64,000 nucleotides of DNA. It comes from an uncultured Desulfobacter sp. (GTDB lineage: Bacteria; Desulfobacterota; Desulfobacteria; Desulfobacterales; Desulfobacteraceae). The stretch spans positions 4,512,001-4,576,000 of the forward strand of contig OY762069.1 of NCBI GenBank assembly GCA_963665095.1, in the 5' to 3' direction. The number at the start of each line of letters is the position of its first letter. Within the stretch, counting starts at the first letter, position 1. This document shows, piece after piece, positions 37,119-47,800 of this stretch. Both the position numbers and the translations under genes were made by a program. The notes below the pieces were generated by a model. That model saw only the letters and a program-made list of their open reading frames with translations. It had not been told where the DNA came from and did not search any database.

Positions 37119-38635
37119 TACCGGTAAAATTTTTCATAAAACCCCTTCTGAGCGGCCTGATCCTGACCCTTGCCGTGTGCCTTGTTCCGGTTGGAACGGT
37201 TCATGCCGGGGATATGCGCAAAGCCTATGCCGATCTTGAAAAAAAACGGGAAGAGATCGCAGCCCAAGCTGCTGCTGAGCTATCCAAAGCACAGGCCGAA
37301 GCCCGTGAGAATGCCAAGGCCATTAAGCAGGACAAAGAAGCACTGAAGGCGGCCATTACTGAGCTGAAAACAAAAAATGCCAACCTGGACAAAGAGAATT
37401 CAGCACTGCAAAGCAAAATAGAAACACTGGCAGAAGAACAGGTCAAATTAAGGGAAAGCCTGGAAGAGTCCCGCATGGTGAACAAGGAGCTGGCAGGATT
37501 TGTCCGAACCTGTGCCAAGGATTTGAACAGTCTTCTGGTCCAGAGCCCTCAAAGCGCGTTTGACAAGGACCGGAGCGTATTTTTAAGCCCGGTAATGAAC
37601 CAGGAGCGGTTCTGGTCCATGGATGATATCCGGCAGATGACCGATGCCCTGTTTAATGAGATCCTGGCCTCGGGCCAGGTAACCCTGCAGCAGGGAGAGG
37701 TGGTGGACCGTCAGGGCAAGGACCGCACGGCGCAAATTTTGAGCATCGGCAATTTCACAGCGGTTTATGTGCTGGATGATGACGGCGACAGCCCGTCGGA
37801 AACCGGTTTCCTGCTCTATTCCGACCAGAGTTGCCGTTTTTTTGCCCTGTCCAGACTGCCTTCTGCCAAACTTACAGAACAGCTTTGTGCCTATATTTCC
37901 GGTAACAGCGATACCGTACCCGTGGACATCTCAAAGGGCGGGGCACTTCGGCGGTTTACCCATGAGCTGAATCTTGTGGACCAGGTGCCCAAGGGCGGCC
38001 CCCTTGTCTGGCCCATTGTTGCGCTGTTGGGCCTGGCACTTTTGATCCTTCTTGAGCGTGTGATCTTTTTCCTGCGGCATGGGTTGAGGGTTTCTCCCTT
38101 CATAGCAAAATTAACCACCCTGGTGGAAAAGGAAAACTGGCAGGGGTGTGAAGCGCTGATGCAGAAACACAAAAATGGATTTATCCCCAAGGTCCTGCTC
38201 AAAGCCCTGCCGTTCAGGGAGCATACCCGTACAGACATGGAAAACGCACTTCAGGAAGCCATTCTGGCTGAAATTCCTTCCATTGAAAGATTTCTGTCCA
38301 CCCTGGGAATGCTTGCAGCCATCGCTCCGCTCATGGGGCTTTTGGGCACTGTAACCGGCATGATTAACACCTTCCATGTGATCACCTATTACGGCACAGG
38401 CGATCCCAGAATGATGTCCGGCGGTATCTCCGAAGCCCTGGTCACCACCATGCTCGGATTGACAGTGGCCATTCCCATCATGCTGTTCCATACCTTTTTG
38501 TCCCGGAAGGTGGAGACCCAGATCAGCAGCATGGAGGAGAAGGCCGTGGCCTTTGTAAATTTGATATTCAAGGCCAGAAACGAATGCCGGCCAGGTGCGC
38601 TGCCTAGCGACAGCGGCACCACGGACCAGTCATAG
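37115..38635 (+). CDS. Long ExbB/MotA-family protein with periplasmic coiled-coil N-terminus (TtpC-like)
   Basis: Signal peptide, coiled coil, VPVDISKG, then APLMGLLGTVTGMI.TF and GGISEALVTT. Confidence 0.88.
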   Translation: MIPVKFFIKPLLSGLILTLAVCLVPVGTVHAGDMRKAYADLEKKREEIAAQAAAELSKAQAEARENAKAIKQDKEALKAAITELKTKNANLDKENSALQSKIETLAEEQVKLRESLEESRMVNKELAGFVRTCAKDLNSLLVQSPQSAFDKDRSVFLSPVMNQERFWSMDDIRQMTDALFNEILASGQVTLQQGEVVDRQGKDRTAQILSIGNFTAVYVLDDDGDSPSETGFLLYSDQSCRFFALSRLPSAKLTEQLCAYISGNSDTVPVDISKGGALRRFTHELNLVDQVPKGGPLVWPIVALLGLALLILLERVIFFLRHGLRVSPFIAKLTTLVEKENWQGCEALMQKHKNGFIPKVLLKALPFREHTRTDMENALQEAILAEIPSIERFLSTLGMLAAIAPLMGLLGTVTGMINTFHVITYYGTGDPRMMSGGISEALVTTMLGLTVAIPIMLFHTFLSRKVETQISSMEEKAVAFVNLIFKARNECRPGALPSDSGTTDQS

Positions 38636-38648
38636 GAAGGATGCTTCC

Positions 38649-39272
38649 ATGAACGACTTGCTATACCAGATGGCGGCCTATCTCAGGTCCGGAGGGGTGG
38701 TCATGGTGCCCATCCTGTGTGTCTCCTTTGTGATGTGGGTGCTGATCTTCAACCGTCTGCTTTTTTTACGCCGCCTGTACATCAAAAACATGCCACGGGC
38801 CATGGCCGGAGAGCTGGTCCGGGAAAATCAGTGGCCCGCCTCGAAATATCAGGGCGCCAATGCCTCTCTGGTCCGGGAGTTTTTATCCCGGCGCAGCCGC
38901 AATCCGGACCCTGACCTGGACGAGAATATCCTGGATGAAACGGTCATGGCCATGAATGCCTCTTTGGACCGGTACCTGGCCTTTATTGCGGTGCTGTCCG
39001 CGGTGGCCCCGCTCATGGGGCTGCTCGGCACGGTGGTGGGGATGATGCAGACCTTTGATGTCATCACCGTATTTGGTACGGGAAACGTCCGGGCCATGGC
39101 CTCGGGCATCTCCGTAGCCCTGGTGACCACCCAGACAGGGCTCATGATCTCCATTCCCGGGCTTTACATGAGCGGGTGGCTGAGACGGCGGGCCTCCAAT
39201 CTCAAACACCGCATTGCATCCACAGCCATGTATCTGAAACCATTTATCCGGCAAAGGAGTATTCCATGCTGA
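38649..39272 (+). CDS. exbB: ExbB proton-channel protein
   Basis: GGVVM.PI, APLMGLLGTVVGMMQTF and GISVALVTT motifs; RBS upstream of the ATG at 38649. Confidence 0.88.
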   Translation: MNDLLYQMAAYLRSGGVVMVPILCVSFVMWVLIFNRLLFLRRLYIKNMPRAMAGELVRENQWPASKYQGANASLVREFLSRRSRNPDPDLDENILDETVMAMNASLDRYLAFIAVLSAVAPLMGLLGTVVGMMQTFDVITVFGTGNVRAMASGISVALVTTQTGLMISIPGLYMSGWLRRRASNLKHRIASTAMYLKPFIRQRSIPC

Positions 39273-39685
39273 ACATATCCGCAGCCAGACGGGCGGGGAA
39301 AAAAGACCTTGAACTCAACATCGCCCCGCTGATTGACATGGTGTTTATCCTGTTGATCTTTTTTCTGGTCACCACTTCCTTTGTCAAGGAAACCGGAGTG
39401 GACATTTCACGCCCCACAGCCAGTACGGCTGTGGCAAAAACCAAATCCACCATCCTCATCGGCATTACCCGGGACAACACCATTCACCTGGACCGGCGGG
39501 AAATTGATGTCAGGGCCGTGCGTTCCGGTGTTGAACGGGCCATGGCGGAAAACCCCGAAGCCAGCGTGGTTATTGTGGCGGATAAAGACAGCAGAACCGG
39601 CCTTGTCATATCCGTGATGGATTCGTGCAAACTGGCCGGCGCAGAGAACGTGGCTTTGGCGGCCAGCCTGCCTGAAGGTGGATGA
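39266..39685 (+). CDS. exbD: Biopolymer transporter ExbD
   Basis: AAGGAG RBS; LNIAPLIDMVFILLIFFLVTTSF and VIVADK motifs. Confidence 0.92.
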   Translation: MLNISAARRAGKKDLELNIAPLIDMVFILLIFFLVTTSFVKETGVDISRPTASTAVAKTKSTILIGITRDNTIHLDRREIDVRAVRSGVERAMAENPEASVVIVADKDSRTGLVISVMDSCKLAGAENVALAASLPEGG

Positions 39686-40407
39686 TGACCACGACTGCTG
39701 ATCCCTCATATCCGGGCAAAAAGCCTGGAAGCTTTCGCCCCGGAACCATCCTGGGCTGGAGTGCGGCCATTGTTCTGTCTTTGGGGCTGAACCTGTTTAT
39801 TTTCGGCATTATGCCCGGATTTATCCAGAGTGTTCCTGAAGGCCCTGAAGATTTAGAGGCTGTCAAGGCCATCCAGGTGGTCCGGGTCAAGCGGCCGGAA
39901 ACCCCGCCCCGCAAAAAAGAGCCCAAAAAGCCACCGGAACCACCCAAAGAGGTGAAAACCGCCGCACGCATGGTGCAGCAGCAGATGAAACAACCATCTG
40001 TTGTCAAACCCCGGTTGCCCATGGAGCTTAACCCCCGGCTGCCCAGCCTGCCCAACAGCATTAACCTGGGGCCGCTAAGCGATTTTTCCATGAAAGCTGA
40101 AATGCCCCAGGGGATTTTTTCAACCTCGGACCTGGACCAGCCTTTGCAGGTAATGGTCCGGCTGCCGGCGGCCTATCCCATGCGGGCCAGACGCTTAGGC
40201 ATTGAAGGCTGGGTAAAGGTGCAGTTTGTTGTCTCCAAGGAAGGCCGGGTAAAGGAGTTGGAAATTGTGGAGGCAGAGCCCAAAGGCATGTTTGAATCCA
40301 GTGTCACCCAGTCCGTTTCCCAGTACCGGTTCAAGCCGGGAACCGTGGACGGCCAGGCCGTGGAGGTGCGTGTAATCACCACCATCCGGTTCCAAATGGA
40401 GGAGTGA
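39682..40407 (+). CDS. tonB: Energy transducer TonB
   Basis: N-terminal TM, Pro/Lys-rich linker, and the TonB C-domain YPMRARRLGIEGWVKVQF.V...G.V. Confidence 0.9.
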   Translation: MMTTTADPSYPGKKPGSFRPGTILGWSAAIVLSLGLNLFIFGIMPGFIQSVPEGPEDLEAVKAIQVVRVKRPETPPRKKEPKKPPEPPKEVKTAARMVQQQMKQPSVVKPRLPMELNPRLPSLPNSINLGPLSDFSMKAEMPQGIFSTSDLDQPLQVMVRLPAAYPMRARRLGIEGWVKVQFVVSKEGRVKELEIVEAEPKGMFESSVTQSVSQYRFKPGTVDGQAVEVRVITTIRFQMEE

Positions 40408-41888
40408 TGATCAGATTTATGTCCATCCCAGGCGGCTCTAAAACTACTTTTGATAATTATTGGGTCCTGAATTTTATGATTTCTGTTTTTCGAATCGCCC
40501 CTTTTCTGATCTTAACTTTTATGGCCCTGGCCTTTTCCACCCTGCCTGTGTCTGCCAAAAACAGCAATCAGACCGGCAACCAGGAGGGAGACGCCCTGCC
40601 GTTAGCCGCCGGCATGTGCGCCAACAGGGCGTCTGCATTCATAGAGAAAAAGGATTATGCCGCTGCCGTCAAAGAGCTTGAACTATTCCAGGCCAAGGCC
40701 GCCACGGTTGACGCTGAAACAGCGGATAAAAAAGGGTATACCCATTACTATCTTGACTTCATGCTGGGCAACTGCTGCATGATGATGGAAAACCAGGGCC
40801 AAAGTGTTTTTAAAAAAGCGGCCGCCGCCTATGAACGGGCTGTTAAAAAATTTGACGGGCTGTACCAGGGCTGGCTCAATTTAGGCATGTGCCGGTATAA
40901 TCTAAAGCAGATGGACAAAGCGGCTCATGCCTTTATTAAAGGCTATGACACAGCGCCTGAAAAAAAAGCCGTCTATCTCTACCAGGCAGCGGCCTGCTAT
41001 TATTATAATTCAGACTACCAAAACTCCCTGACAACCTTTAACCGCCTGATGAAAAGCCACCCGACCGACGTCACCCTGGAGTGGAAAGAGGTGCTGGTCA
41101 ATATTCTGTTCGCCCTGAAAAAAAACAGGGAGGCCCTGCCATGGCTTGAGGAGCTGGCGGCCAAATCCAAAGGGGATAAAAAGAAGACCTGGCAGGAGAT
41201 GCTGTTGTACCAGTACATGGAGCTGGGCATGGATAAAAAGGCACTGGCCTATGCCAGGCAACTGACCCGGGAAACCCCGGAAGAGCCCAAATGGTGGAAG
41301 GCCCTGGCCCATATTCACCTGGAAAAAAACCGGATGGAAAAAGGGTTGGAAGCGTTTATGATCTACAGCTTTACCACGCCGCTGTCAGTGTCTGAAACAA
41401 AACTTCTGGCAGATCTTTATGCCGGGTGTAACATCCCCCTGGAAGCAGCCAGGGTGTATGAGGCATGGATTGAAAAGCTTCAAAAAGATCCCAAAAGTCA
41501 GGCAAAAGCGGGAAAGAAAAAAATGACCGACCGCTTTCTTGCCATTGCCAGGGCTTATCAGCAGGGAAAGGACGATGCCGCTGCGGTGGGATGGGCGGAC
41601 AAGGGACTGGCTCAGGGCGGAGATGCCAGGCTCCTGGAGTTTAAAGCAGATATTCTCTTCGGACAGAAAAAATACAAGGCCGCTTATACCGCATACAAAG
41701 ATCTTGCGGCCCAGGGCCATTCAACCGGCCGTTCCTGGCTCATGGCGGGCTACTCGGCATTGAGCTGCGAAAACCTGGACGGGGCAAAGAACGCCTTTAC
41801 CTTTGCCTGCAAACACCCCAAAGAAAAAAAAGCCGCCGCCAGTGCCCTTAAACAGGTAAAGGCCATGCAGGCGGCAACACAGATGTAA
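40404..41888 (+). CDS. Exported tetratricopeptide-repeat protein (TtpD-like)
   Basis: Hydrophobic signal segment and repeated TPR-like helical units (WLNLGMC.Y, WWKALAHI, WLMAGY); the true start may be downstream. Confidence 0.8.
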   Translation: MMIRFMSIPGGSKTTFDNYWVLNFMISVFRIAPFLILTFMALAFSTLPVSAKNSNQTGNQEGDALPLAAGMCANRASAFIEKKDYAAAVKELELFQAKAATVDAETADKKGYTHYYLDFMLGNCCMMMENQGQSVFKKAAAAYERAVKKFDGLYQGWLNLGMCRYNLKQMDKAAHAFIKGYDTAPEKKAVYLYQAAACYYYNSDYQNSLTTFNRLMKSHPTDVTLEWKEVLVNILFALKKNREALPWLEELAAKSKGDKKKTWQEMLLYQYMELGMDKKALAYARQLTRETPEEPKWWKALAHIHLEKNRMEKGLEAFMIYSFTTPLSVSETKLLADLYAGCNIPLEAARVYEAWIEKLQKDPKSQAKAGKKKMTDRFLAIARAYQQGKDDAAAVGWADKGLAQGGDARLLEFKADILFGQKKYKAAYTAYKDLAAQGHSTGRSWLMAGYSALSCENLDGAKNAFTFACKHPKEKKAAASALKQVKAMQAATQM

Positions 41889-41898
41889 CCGGACGTTT

Positions 41899-42402
41899 AT
41901 GAAAAGCAAAAAAAACATTGCCTTAATCGGCATGCCTGCCGTTGGCAAAAGCACCGTAGGTGTCCTTCTGGCAAAACAACTGGGATATGCATTTCTCGAT
42001 ACGGATATCCTGATCCAGACAAAAGAAAATTTGACCCTTGCCCAGATTATTAAACAAAAGGGGCTGGCGCACTTTCTGGATATTGAAAAACATCACCTGC
42101 TTTCCCTTGAAGGGGAATGTCAGATTATTGCCACAGGCGGATCCGTGATTTACCGGGAACAGGCCATGGCCCATCTTGCCTCAATGGCCACCATCATCTA
42201 TCTCTACGTTGAGCTGGGCATCCTTTTAACCCGGCTGTCGGATCTTGAGTCCCGGGGGGTGGCCATTGATCCTGGCCACAGCATTGACGAGCTTTACACA
42301 GAAAGAACCCCGCTTTATGATAAATATTGTGACATCAAAATTGACTGCGGACGGATGATTCCAGCCCAGGTGGCAGCCCAGGTGGCAAATGCAATCATTT
42401 AG
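41899..42402 (+). CDS. Shikimate-kinase-like P-loop kinase
   Basis: NIALIGMPAVGKST, FLDTD, IATGGS and ERTPLY motifs. Confidence 0.8.
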   Translation: MKSKKNIALIGMPAVGKSTVGVLLAKQLGYAFLDTDILIQTKENLTLAQIIKQKGLAHFLDIEKHHLLSLEGECQIIATGGSVIYREQAMAHLASMATIIYLYVELGILLTRLSDLESRGVAIDPGHSIDELYTERTPLYDKYCDIKIDCGRMIPAQVAAQVANAII

Positions 42403-42418
42403 CCGAACAGTGATTTTT

Positions 42419-43279
42419 TTAAATGGCCCGGGCCATGACAGGCAGGCTTTCTGCTGAATATAGCTTAAAAACATTTTCCACCAGGTCAGGCGCCTGGCCT
42501 TCGGACTTTTTGCGTGTCTCTTCATAGGAGAGATCAATGACATCTGAGTCTGCCACAAAAAAGAAATGGTGAAGGTTTTTTTCCATGGGAGCCCGGCTAT
42601 AGGCCTTTTCATACGCCTCTACCATGGTATTCAGGTCCAGGCGCAACGCCACGGCAGGATTCCCGTTTACATAGGAATAGGAGGACATCCAGCCAATTTT
42701 TTCAAACAACAGGATATCTTCATAAATGTTAAGATACTTGGGATGAACCGTGATCAGCAGATCATCTGCCTTCAGATGCCAGGCAGCATAATGCAGGATC
42801 AACCGGTTGCCCAGCATGGGAAGATTTTTATTTCCTTTTCTGAATGCCGGATTTGAAGCCAGACAGCCGGCCTCCACAACGCGACGCCCCTGATTTCTTA
42901 AAGTATCCACTTCCTTTTGAAAAGCTTCGTCCATGGGAAGCCCCAGTTCGTTGTCAGAAAACAGACTGATCGTATATAGAGGCATCTGCATGGCCTGATC
43001 ATCCCGGAGGCATCCCATAAACACTCTGGATTCCGGGTCTTTGTGGTGGGGAACAACTCTGATGGGGACGCTGGACGGGTTTGAAAAACCGGCTTCCACA
43101 TAGACGTCGTGGAGGAGTCTGAAGCACCGGATATAATCCTCAACCGTTACAGCCGGACGCAAAACAATCTCTTTAAGGTCTGTATGAAGTGCCGGCAACC
43201 CGGCGCGAACGGTTTTTTTTCTGAAGTCTGCCGGAAGGCAGTGCATTAATTTTCTTTTCAATCGTTCCGGTATCTGCAT
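42419..43279 (-). CDS. N-acyl amino acid synthase FeeM-like (GNAT-fold) protein
   Basis: FRLLHDVY...G, D...GLPMD..F..EVD.LR.QGRR.VE.G.LA, ITVHP....Y...L.F and NPAV.LRLDL pattern. Confidence 0.65.
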   Translation of the reverse strand: MQIPERLKRKLMHCLPADFRKKTVRAGLPALHTDLKEIVLRPAVTVEDYIRCFRLLHDVYVEAGFSNPSSVPIRVVPHHKDPESRVFMGCLRDDQAMQMPLYTISLFSDNELGLPMDEAFQKEVDTLRNQGRRVVEAGCLASNPAFRKGNKNLPMLGNRLILHYAAWHLKADDLLITVHPKYLNIYEDILLFEKIGWMSSYSYVNGNPAVALRLDLNTMVEAYEKAYSRAPMEKNLHHFFFVADSDVIDLSYEETRKKSEGQAPDLVENVFKLYSAESLPVMARAI

Positions 43280-43519
43280 AATCTCCTTTTTTATAACCGC
43301 TGTGCAATAAATCTCATTTTGTCAGGCCGGCCTTTGTCCCCGTTTCAGCCCGGGAACAGGCACCCCGTCTTCCAACAATTCAGATGAAAATACCAGATTT
43401 ATATCACCATTCTGTTATCAGACTATTTGGAAATAATCAAAGAATACTCTTGTTGATCCAAACCTTTTTTATAACTTCTGTGCCACGGTTATAATTTTAT
43501 TTGTTTCATAGTGAAATCT

Positions 43520-43535
43520 ATCAACTTGTGTGCCA
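43520..43535 (-). promoter_or_regulatory. Candidate sigma-54 (-24/-12) promoter for the FeeM-like gene
   Basis: Minus strand TGGCACACAAGTTGAT (GG-N10-GA; the -12 C is mismatched). Confidence 0.35.
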
Positions 43536-43900
43536 GGCCAAAAACTTTTTAACAGGGACTAAGGGCTCACCCTAAGAATCCTGTTGTTGAAGCATTTTTC
43601 CGAAATCCATGCAAATGGATTAACTTCCAAAGTTACAAAAATTGCATCCGGTTACATAAATTGCACTAAAAACCCCTTTGACATTGATAGAGATTCCGAT
43701 GCATCTGTCTGTGCCGGATATTTTTGACGACCCGGTTCTTTTAATGTATACTTTGTGTTAATTCATATTCAAACTGACTTCTCCTGAACCGTTTTTTTAA
43801 TCGCTGGAAATTCCTTGTGCACCTGTACAGATGCGACATCTTTACCCGTCTAAAACCTTTGCATCTTAATTAGTCCGTCATTGACACGAAAGGAGCAGAT

Positions 43901-44872
43901 ATGAACGATCAGGCGTCCCGGGTACTTCTTCAACGTGCCAGATTTTTCACCATTCTCAGGCGGTTCATGCGCGTGATGATTGTCCTGGTGATATGTTATT
44001 CCCTGGCGGCCATTGTCTATTCCACCCATGTGATTTACAAGGTCAAGCTCAATTACGCCGTTATTTTAGAGCAGTTTGGCGGAAAACGCAGTGTGGTGAC
44101 CGATGTGGGCTGGCATTACCGGCTGCCGTTTTTCACCCGCCTGGAAAAAGAGGTGCCTTTGATGAACCAGAACCTCAACCTCGGCGGATCACCCGACCCC
44201 ATAAAAATTATCTCCAAAGAGAACGTGGCCCTGTGGACCTCCGCGGTGATGACGTTTAAGATCAGGGACCTTAGGAGATGGGGGATTGAAAATCTTTTCC
44301 CTGAAATTCTGCTACAGGGCGATTTTGACGGTATTGCCAAAGATATCCTTCAGGGCAAGGAGGTCAACCGGCTTATCTCGGAGAGAGAAATCATCAAAGA
44401 AGAGATTTTTCAGGCCATGAAACACCGCCCCATCAATACCGATGGCCCTACTCTGGAGAAAAAGTACGGTATTGAAGTCGTTTCGTTTGTTCTCAATGAA
44501 ACCCGGTTTGGCGATAAACTGGTGGAGGCCACGGAGGAGAAGAAACGCCGCCAGCTCATTGCCGAGGCGGACAATTATGCTGCGGATCAGGAAGCGGACC
44601 GGATTCTGAAGCTTTACAGGGCATATCTTAACGGCATCCAATCCCTTCATCTGGCACTGGGGGGCCAAAAAGATCAGCCGGTGAGCCCCGATCTCCTGGA
44701 GTTTTTATCCCAGCAGAAATGGGCGACTGCCTATGAAAAAAGCCAGAATGACCAGAAGACATTCGTACTCCATGCCTCAGGGCAGATGCCTGGGTTGACC
44801 CTGCCGACTTCCCGGCCCCGGGTCATCACTGCTGGAGACCAAAAGCAGGATAAAAAAGCCGGACAGGAATAA
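43901..44872 (+). CDS. SPFH/band-7 (HflC/HflK/stomatin-like) membrane protein
   Basis: AAGGAG RBS; one N-terminal TM, EQFGGKR.V..DVGWHYRLPFF, ISKENV, KYGIEVVSF and an Ala/Glu-rich coiled coil. Confidence 0.85.
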   Translation: MNDQASRVLLQRARFFTILRRFMRVMIVLVICYSLAAIVYSTHVIYKVKLNYAVILEQFGGKRSVVTDVGWHYRLPFFTRLEKEVPLMNQNLNLGGSPDPIKIISKENVALWTSAVMTFKIRDLRRWGIENLFPEILLQGDFDGIAKDILQGKEVNRLISEREIIKEEIFQAMKHRPINTDGPTLEKKYGIEVVSFVLNETRFGDKLVEATEEKKRRQLIAEADNYAADQEADRILKLYRAYLNGIQSLHLALGGQKDQPVSPDLLEFLSQQKWATAYEKSQNDQKTFVLHASGQMPGLTLPTSRPRVITAGDQKQDKKAGQE

Positions 44873-44877
44873 TACCC

Positions 44878-47800
44878 ATGGCCAAACGCACTACAAAGCA
44901 GAAAACCTATATTACCCTGCCCGAGGGAACCATCAAAAAGATTGACTCCATGGTCTCCTTGTGGACTTACGACACCAAGGCCTTTGTCCGGTCCCGTCTC
45001 AATCAGTTCAGGCCTCCCAACCGGTTTTTCTCCTCTTTCAGATCATTCTTATATCTGATGGTCTTCATGCGTCGGGAAAAAAAGCGGATGAAAGTGCTCA
45101 ATGATCCGGCCATTCTGCGGGACTGGAAAAAGCGGTTCCTCTATTCAGGCGAGACCAACCCGGGTGCCTCCTGGAACAAGGTGATTGAAAAAGAGCTGAC
45201 CAAAGCGGAACTACACTACCTGATTGCCGTGCTGGACCGGGAACTGACCGATCTTCATGTGCCGGTGGAACTTGAAAAGATTTTTGATAAAATCTTTAAG
45301 GTCCATTTGCGAAAAGATCATATTGAAGATCCGGATGTCCCCAAGGCGCCGATCATGCTGGTGGAAGGAGCTTCGGGTTCCGGAAAAAGCGCCACTGTCA
45401 GGGAGGCCCTGGAAAAAGTGGTCTTTAAAAATGAAGTGGTTCCGGCTGTGGACTGGCGGCAGAAAAAGGAAAAGCTTCTGGCCAGATACAGCATTTTTAC
45501 CCCCCTTGAAGAGGTGGACCCGGAGTTTGCCCTGGAAGTTGCCAGGAAAAAACGGCTGGTATTCTACCGGCGGCTGGCAGGAATCCCGGTCCTGCGCCGA
45601 ATTTTTAGAAAAAGGATTATGGCCAGTCTTACCAGTTTTGAGGAGCAGGGTATTACTGTGGATTTTTCCGTAATCACCCCCAATGATTACCAGACGGCCC
45701 TGTCCGGAGAGCCGGGCAATTACTTTAAGCGGGCCATGGGTAACCCCAAAATGACATCCATCCGCCACGTTGAAGAGGCCCACTCCGCCTTTGGGAAATC
45801 CGACAACAGTCCCAGCGGCGGAATCGAAAAGCAGCAGCGCACCCTGATCGACACCACCAATATTGTGCTGGATGAAATCATTGACGGGCGGCGGGACTGC
45901 TTTCTCATTGCCACCACAGACCAGGCCCACCGGTTTGACTCGGCCATATACCGGCGCTTTGTGGAAAAAGGCTGCATCATTGACATTTCAAAATACTGGT
46001 CAAACAAAGAAAACCTTAAGCGCATCATTTTCCTTGAAATCCGGCGTCACCAGATCCCCACCGCCTATAGCCCTGATGCCGAGGCGCTTGACAGGGCTGC
46101 GGAAAAAATATTTGACGTTTTCAAAGAGAGAAGTCTGAAAATCAGCCCGGCCTATGTCAGAAAGCTGGTTGATTCCATCATCAACATACGAAGTGATTTT
46201 ACCCCTGAGCTCCTGGACAACACCATCCTGGTCCGCTCTGCCTTTGAGCTGGTGGCAAAAAACGTCTATGGAGAACTCTACTCCAAAGTGGTGGACCGCA
46301 TGGAACGAAACGTGGCCTGGGACGAATATGTGGGCGCCATTAAGGATAAATTTTCAGAAATGGCCAACAACTGCTTTAACTATGGGGTCAGCGAGGACAA
46401 GGGTGTGGTACTCACAGGGCCCCCGGGCTCGGGGAAAACATTTCTTGTGAGAACCTGGCTGGCTGCAAACACCAAGGTCCATGACATTGCCACAAGCCCG
46501 TCAGCCCTGCAGGACCCCTCCTCTCCGGTCCACGGGGCTGTGGCCAACCTGGAAAAGGTGTACGACATTGCCAAGATGATCGCACCCACGGTGATTTTCT
46601 TTGATGAGGGAGATGCCCTGGCTCCCCGGCGTTCTGCCACCGGTGGCCAGCCTTCGGATGCCCTGACCAATAAATTCCTGAACATCATTGACGGCGAAAT
46701 TCCGCTGAACAAGGTTTTCACCGTGCTCACCACCAACCGGCTGGATATCCTGGACCCGGCACTCATCCGGTCAAGGCGTCTGAAAACCCTTGAAATAACC
46801 GGTCACATGCGACAGAAGGATATTTTTGACATCATTAACAAGCTGCTGGATGCCCAGCCCCACCCAAGAAATTTTGAGGTGGAAAGGATCATTGAAACCG
46901 CCCAGCCCATCTGCAATACCCCGGCCGATTATACCTCCTTCACCCAGAAGGCCATTGCCCTTTGTTCCACAGAATTCAAGGTGGTGCAGAAACTGCGGGA
47001 TCTTGAAAAATCCACCCATACGGAAAAATTTGATTTTGTAAAACTCAACTTTAAAACCATCCTGGGTATTCTGGATGCAGTAAAAGCACCGCCCCTTCTT
47101 AAGTCCAATATTAAAAATGATCTGAAAAATTTTGTCTCCCACTATGACCGGATTCTTACCTGTGTGGCCCACGTCTTTGCTGAAAAAGAGTATCCCCTGA
47201 CCCTGACCCACCTGGAATCCGCCCGGCGGGAAATCTCCCAGAGCCCCATTCGGAAAGGGTCTGTCCAGGTTAATGAATTCCTGGAAACCGAACTGAGCCA
47301 GGAACCCCAGGTGGGATTTATCATTGGTGTGGGTGCCAATGATACGGCCGGCATGCTTCTGCCCATTGCCACCAGCCTCACCACCCGGATAGAAGGCCAG
47401 ACCATTATTGTCACCGGTGCCGTATCTTCATCCGCACCAGATGCGGCCCAACTGGACATGGCCGTCCAGATGACCCTGCAGTCGGCCCAGGAGGCCCTGA
47501 CCATGGTGAAAAACTATATCCAGGGACTGACTCCGGATATCAGTATTCCCTGGCTGCTTGGGGATTTTCTGCGCCGCCGCACCATACATCACCAGCTATT
47601 ATCCACCTCCTACAACGTAGGCGGTCCCTCTGCCGGTTATGCCCTGGCCCTGAACACCCTGTCGGCCCTTTTGCGCCTTCCTTTATGCATTGATTTCGGC
47701 ATCACGGGCGCCCCCTGGACCAAAGGTGTCACAAAAAGTGAAGTGGGGGGATCCGTGATCATTGGCGGCCACAGAAAAAAAACGGAAAAGGTGCTGCTCC

